From Octopus vulgaris (taxonomy: Eukaryota): a stretch of DNA of 64,000 nt. Every line of letters begins with the position of its first letter. Position 1 is the stretch's first letter. The notes beneath the pieces were generated by a model. That model made no database searches, had not been told where the DNA came from, and saw nothing but the letters and a program-made list of their open reading frames with translations. Shown here one piece after another: positions 56,602 to 64,000 of this stretch. The DNA lies in contig OX597837.1 of NCBI GenBank assembly GCA_951406725.2, positions 4,402,001 to 4,466,000 on the forward strand, in the 5' to 3' direction. The translations under genes and the position numbers were made by a program.

Positions 56602-57378
56602 GAGAGCAGTTCATGCCATCAAAGTGACACTGGGGTAAAATATACGAAACCCAATTACCCATCATGACTACCCGTCTGATAAAGGTACACCAGGCACATG
56701 CATCACAACCATATGTGCGCGACATGGTGATCTCATATCAAGATAAACAGCACATGACCTTGCAGGTGGGGCCCAGTTAGAATTTTCTTCAGGTTGAGTA
56801 GCCCATCCCGCTCAAACGGTCCCTGAATAAGAGTTGTTTAAGGATGTTGAAAGAACCACCCATGTTTCCAGAGGTGAACTATTCAAACCCCAAAGAATCC
56901 CTCTCAACACATGGCTATGATGCTCCCCCACTACTTCTGCTCGTGATCAGAGATGCACATATCGTCAGCCACTAAGGGACATGCTCAACTGGTTAAGGTC
57001 AAACAACTGACAAGCAAATCTGTGGTATTGAGCAGAATATTTGCTGTAGCCCATCTTTTATACCAAGACAAAACAATGTACATGATAACACTTCCAATCA
57101 GTTAAGATCAGAAGCCATGAGAGCCACTGCCTGGTACTGCATCAGGGCATTTATACTGCATCAGGGCATCCTGGTACTGCATCAGGGCATTTAGGTACTG
57201 CATCAGGGCATCCTGGTACTGCATCAGGGCATCCTGGTACTGCATCAGGGCATCCTGGTACTGCATCAGGGCATCCTGGTACTGCATCAGGGCATTTAGT
57301 ACTGCATCAGGGCATCCTGGTACTGCATCAGGGCATCCTGGTACTGCATCAGGGCATCCTGGTACTGCATCAGGGCAT
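56601..57378. mobile_element. (TTA)n-embedded ~550-bp retroposon with a reiterated 21-nt terminus
   Basis: (ATT)n on both sides; 12 copies of (CCTGG)TACTGCATCAGGGCAT at 57130-57378. Confidence 0.8.
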
Positions 57379-57438
57379 TATTATTATTATTATTATTATT
57401 ATTATCATTATTATTATAAATATTATCATTATTATTAA

Positions 57439-57475
<37 letters not shown>

Positions 57476-57573
57476 GTTATTATTATTATTATTATTAATA
57501 TTATTATTATTATAAATATTATTATTATGTAAAAAAATTAATTATTTATGGAAACCGCTGATGTTATTCAGAA

Positions 57574-57618
<45 letters not shown>

Positions 57619-58166
57619 CATATTCAATATTATTTGGATAAAAACCTCATAGCGTGCATTTCAGAGCTCTTTTGCAGTTGTCGGCTACCACATGCTGCTA
57701 ATACAGTATGTTTATTCTTTTTACTGGAAATTACTTGCAGAAGTCCGTTACAGTATAGAGACTTCATATAAAAAAGTTTCATAAACCAAGAAGATGGAAT
57801 GAAGAAGTTTTATTTGAAAAAACATAGCCATTGTCACTATACAGTGGTAACATCTGCAAGTTGCTGCTTTGTGCATATCATGCTATTATATAAAGCTGCG
57901 GATTTTTGCTTATCATGATATTCTATAAAGAATTACGCAAATGAATCTCAAAGTTATGAAAGCAACTCACCGGAGGCCGTGCTGGTACACAGTTAAGTAA
58001 TGGACCATATTTACTTATGCAATTATTTCTAAAATAAGCTACTTAATAGTATGGTATAGGAAACATGGAAACTAACAGCTGTTTCCACTCTTCAGACGCA
58101 ATTGTATTTTGCGACGGAAGCCATTTTATTTCAACGACTTGGATTATAAGTTTATATGTATGCGTC

Positions 58167-58241
<75 letters not shown>

Positions 58242-58352
58242 ATCTATCTATCAATCTATCTATCTACCTATCTATCTTTCTATCTATCTATCAATCTATC
58301 TATCTATATCTATATCTATATCTATATCTATCTATATATATATATATATGTA

Positions 58353-58776
58353 GGCGCAGGAGTGGCTGTGTGGTGAGTAGCCTGTCTACCAACCACATGG
58401 TTCCGGGTTCAGTCCCACTGCGTGGCACCTTAGGCAAGTGTCTTCTACTATAGCCTCGGGTCAACTAAAGCCTTGTGAGTGGATTTGGTAGACGGAAACT
58501 GAAAGAAGACTGTCGTATATATATATTTATATATATATATGTATGCGTATGTGTGTTTGTGTGTCTGTGTTTGTCCCTCTAGCATTGGTTGACAACAGAT
58601 GCTGGTGTGTTTATGTCCCCGTTACTTAGCGGTTCGGCAAAAGAGACCGATAGAATAAGTACTGGGCTTACAAAAGAATAAGTTCCGCGGTCGAGTTGCG
58701 CGATTAAAGGCGGCGCTCCAGCATGGCCGCAGTCAACTGACGGAAACAAGTAAAAGAGTAAAAGAGTAAAAAGAGT
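58353..58776 (+). mobile_element. SINE family A
   Basis: Full-length consensus match. Confidence 0.92.
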
Positions 58777-58832
58777 ATATCCATCTATATATATATATAC
58801 ATATATATATACATATACATACATACATAGAC

Positions 58833-58906
<74 letters not shown>

Positions 58907-59097
58907 GTATTAAGAGGCGGGATATAATATCCAGGTAGGAATCGTATTTCTCTTTGTAAAGGTACAAGGCTGGATCTTTCAGAGGATGCATTTTATGGTA
59001 AACCTCAACTCCCACCCAACGTTACAGCTTATTCCTTGGCTACCTATATATGTATATATGTATGTATATATATATATGTATGTATGTATGTATATAC

Positions 59098-59202
<105 letters not shown>

Positions 59203-59220
59203 TAGCTATATATATATATG

Positions 59221-59431
59221 CTCTCTTTTACTCTTTTACTTGTTTCGGTCAGTTGACTGCGGTCATGCTGGAGCACCACCTTTAGTCGAGCAAATCGACC
59301 CCGGGACTTATTCTTTGTAAGCACAGTACCTATTCTATCGGTCTCTTTTGCCGAACTGCTAAGTGACGGGGACGTAAACACACCAGCATCGGTTGTCAAG
59401 CAATGCTAGGGGGACAAACACAGACACACAA

Positions 59432-59524
<93 letters not shown>

Positions 59525-59688
59525 TACGACAGGCTTCTTTCAGTTTCCGTCTACCAAATCCACTCACAGAGCATTGGTCGGCCCGGGGGCTATAGCAGAA
59601 GACACTTGCCCAAGATGCCACGCAGTGGGACTGAACCCGGAACCATTTGGTTGATTAGCAAGCTACTTACCACACAGCCACTCCTGCG
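59221..59688 (-). mobile_element. SINE family A
   Basis: Reverse complement; tail-to-tail with the 58353 copy. Confidence 0.92.
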
Positions 59689-60028
59689 TGTTTCGTGGTC
59701 TGCTACCACAACGGCTCATTTAGAGGATCCAGTTAGCTCAAGACATCATTGGGAGGAACCACGTCCGGTTTCGGACCCTAATCCTCTACTGTTTTGACGT
59801 TGCGGGACCCCCTTTCGGAGGTGTCTTCAGCTCTGGTGTTGGGTGCATGTCTTCTATCTTCCTCTTTCTCCTGTTCCCTGGCCTCTTCGATGTATCGTCA
59901 GCGAGTGTCAGCCAGTGACTGACTGTCTTGTCAAATTTTTCCCTTTAAATACCTGTCGCATAGGCTCCAGCAGGCAACCCCAGCAAGTTGTCACATGGCA
60001 CTGTCTCGATGAATAAAAAGCAAGTAAG

Positions 60029-60466
60029 TAACAAGGATGTTCAAGTATCAGTGTATTACGGCCATTTCAAGCGGCTCCATTTAATCTATCAATGAAAACA
60101 TTACATCAATTTGAAATAAATTGCTCTCCTCGGAGGGAGACGACCATATAGATCTCCAACATACAAGATACATCATTATAATTTTTTAGCAAATTTTATA
60201 CGAGTGCTTGAGACTAAAATAATTACATTGCTTCGCTTTGCTGCTACCACAAAAATAGCAAAGATAGCAATATAATTATTTTAGTCCCTAGCACTCATGT
60301 AAGATTTGCTAAAAAATTATAACGATGTATCCTGTAGGTTGAAAATCTATATGGTCGTCTGCTTCCGAGGAGAGCGGTTTATTTTAAATTGATGTAATGT
60401 TTTCATTGATCGATTAAAAGGAGCCGCTTGAAACGGCCGTAATGCATTGATACCTGGACATTCTTG

Positions 60467-60469
<3 letters not shown>
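60029..60469. mobile_element. Fold-back MITE with ~215-bp imperfect arms
   Basis: TAACAAGGATGTTCAAGTATCAGTG.. pairs with ..CATTGATACCTGGACATTCTTGTTA; complementarity continues to a short central loop. Confidence 0.8.
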
Positions 60470-60513
<44 letters not shown>

Positions 60514-60560
60514 CCTACGTACCTCTCTATCTGTCTGTCTATCTATCTATCAATCAATCA

Positions 60561-60614
<54 letters not shown>

Positions 60615-61487
60615 AAATCTATACATCTATCTACACATAAGTAGATAAAATATTTTAGTTGGCAATTTTTATATTATGTGGATGAATAAAAGAGAGAAAC
60701 CTGTTTACGCTGGATGTGGGTAATTAGTAGGCAGGTAACGGGGAACCTCGCTACGTATGTAGGTATGTTATTCGTTAGTAGATGCGAAGGTAGTGAAGGG
60801 TTGGTTAGTACTTGTCTGAGGGAGTATATATGTATATAGAGATGTTGACAAGTATAGAGGAAGGCAAATTAGTTGAGTAGGAGGGAGAAAAAAGAAAATA
60901 CGTTTGAGTAGTTAGGGAGGTAAGTACGTAGATAAGGAAGAAACTCGGTTATTTCGTACTAAGAGAAGCAAATTTCTTATTGATTAGATATATAAATAGA
61001 TAAGTGAATAGTTTGGAAAATATGTGGAAAATGAAAAAGAAGCGTTTGGTATTTAAGTATGAAGATTTCTGTATGTATATAATTAAATAAATAGAAGTGC
61101 GGATATATATATATATATAGATAGTTGCATGAAAAAAGATAGGATTTGTATGTAAATAAATGGTTTAGTAAACAGATTCAGGATACGCTGTTTACAGTGG
61201 GAATATCTACAGAAAACATATATTAAGGTAATAAATCAGGAAAGAATCTTAATTCAATGATGGTGACTTGTCAGTAAAGGGTTTCATCCTCTCCTCGTCT
61301 CAAGTAATAGATTGTTAAGTAATAACACGTAAGAGGTAAGATGGTGAGAACTTTGAAACAGTAACAAGCAAAACGAAAAGCTTACCAATGAAGAAAATTC
61401 TCAATATATCAACATGTGTGTGTGTGTGTGTGTGTGCTTGTATGTGTGTGTGTGTGTGTGTGTATCTGTGAATGTATGTGTGGGTGT

Positions 61488-61547
<60 letters not shown>

Positions 61548-61567
61548 ATATAATATAAATATATATG

Positions 61568-61611
<44 letters not shown>

Positions 61612-61735
61612 CATACATATATATACATATATACGAACATATTCGTATATATGTGTGTCATAAATATATGTAATATATAAACCTGTGCGCGCGCACACAC
61701 ACACACACATATATTTGTCTATCAATTCATACATA

Positions 61736-63933
<2,198 letters not shown>

Positions 63934-64000
63934 TGCCTGTGTGTGAGTGTGTACATATGTATATGTAAATAGCATTTGGGTCCACGTCTAGTCACATTAT

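Noticed and set aside
57130-57378. CRISPR-like array
   Set aside because: Contiguous tandem units with no unique spacers, eukaryotic context, no cas genes

Overview
AT-rich eukaryotic non-coding DNA dense in microsatellites and mobile elements. The mix of tRNA-derived SINEs and (TA)n/(CA)n/(TAA)n/(TAGA)n tracts most resembles a cephalopod (octopus-like) genome; this is inference, not a database result. I cannot confidently identify any host protein-coding gene, and nearly all ORF-track entries are microsatellite translations. The recognisable coding remnants are an R4/Dong-type RLE non-LTR retrotransposon 3' end (52065-52880), a Penelope-like GIY-YIG endonuclease fragment (42091-42444), a split mariner transposase (49452-51290) and a decayed LINE RT tail. 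The most notable signal is at least six unrelated short element families that sit in or beside (TA)n tracts, are often arranged as fold-back inverted repeats, and each carry a different minimal hammerhead-ribozyme-like motif, including U3-A8 covariant cores. They cluster at 41.0-44.8 kb around the Penelope fragment. Also notable: a 12-fold reiterated 21-nt terminus on a (TTA)n-embedded element, a GG-ended MITE with an 8-bp TSD carrying TTAGGG repeats, and a ~2.2 kb palindrome at the window end. All motifs and coordinates were read by eye; boundaries are approximate.
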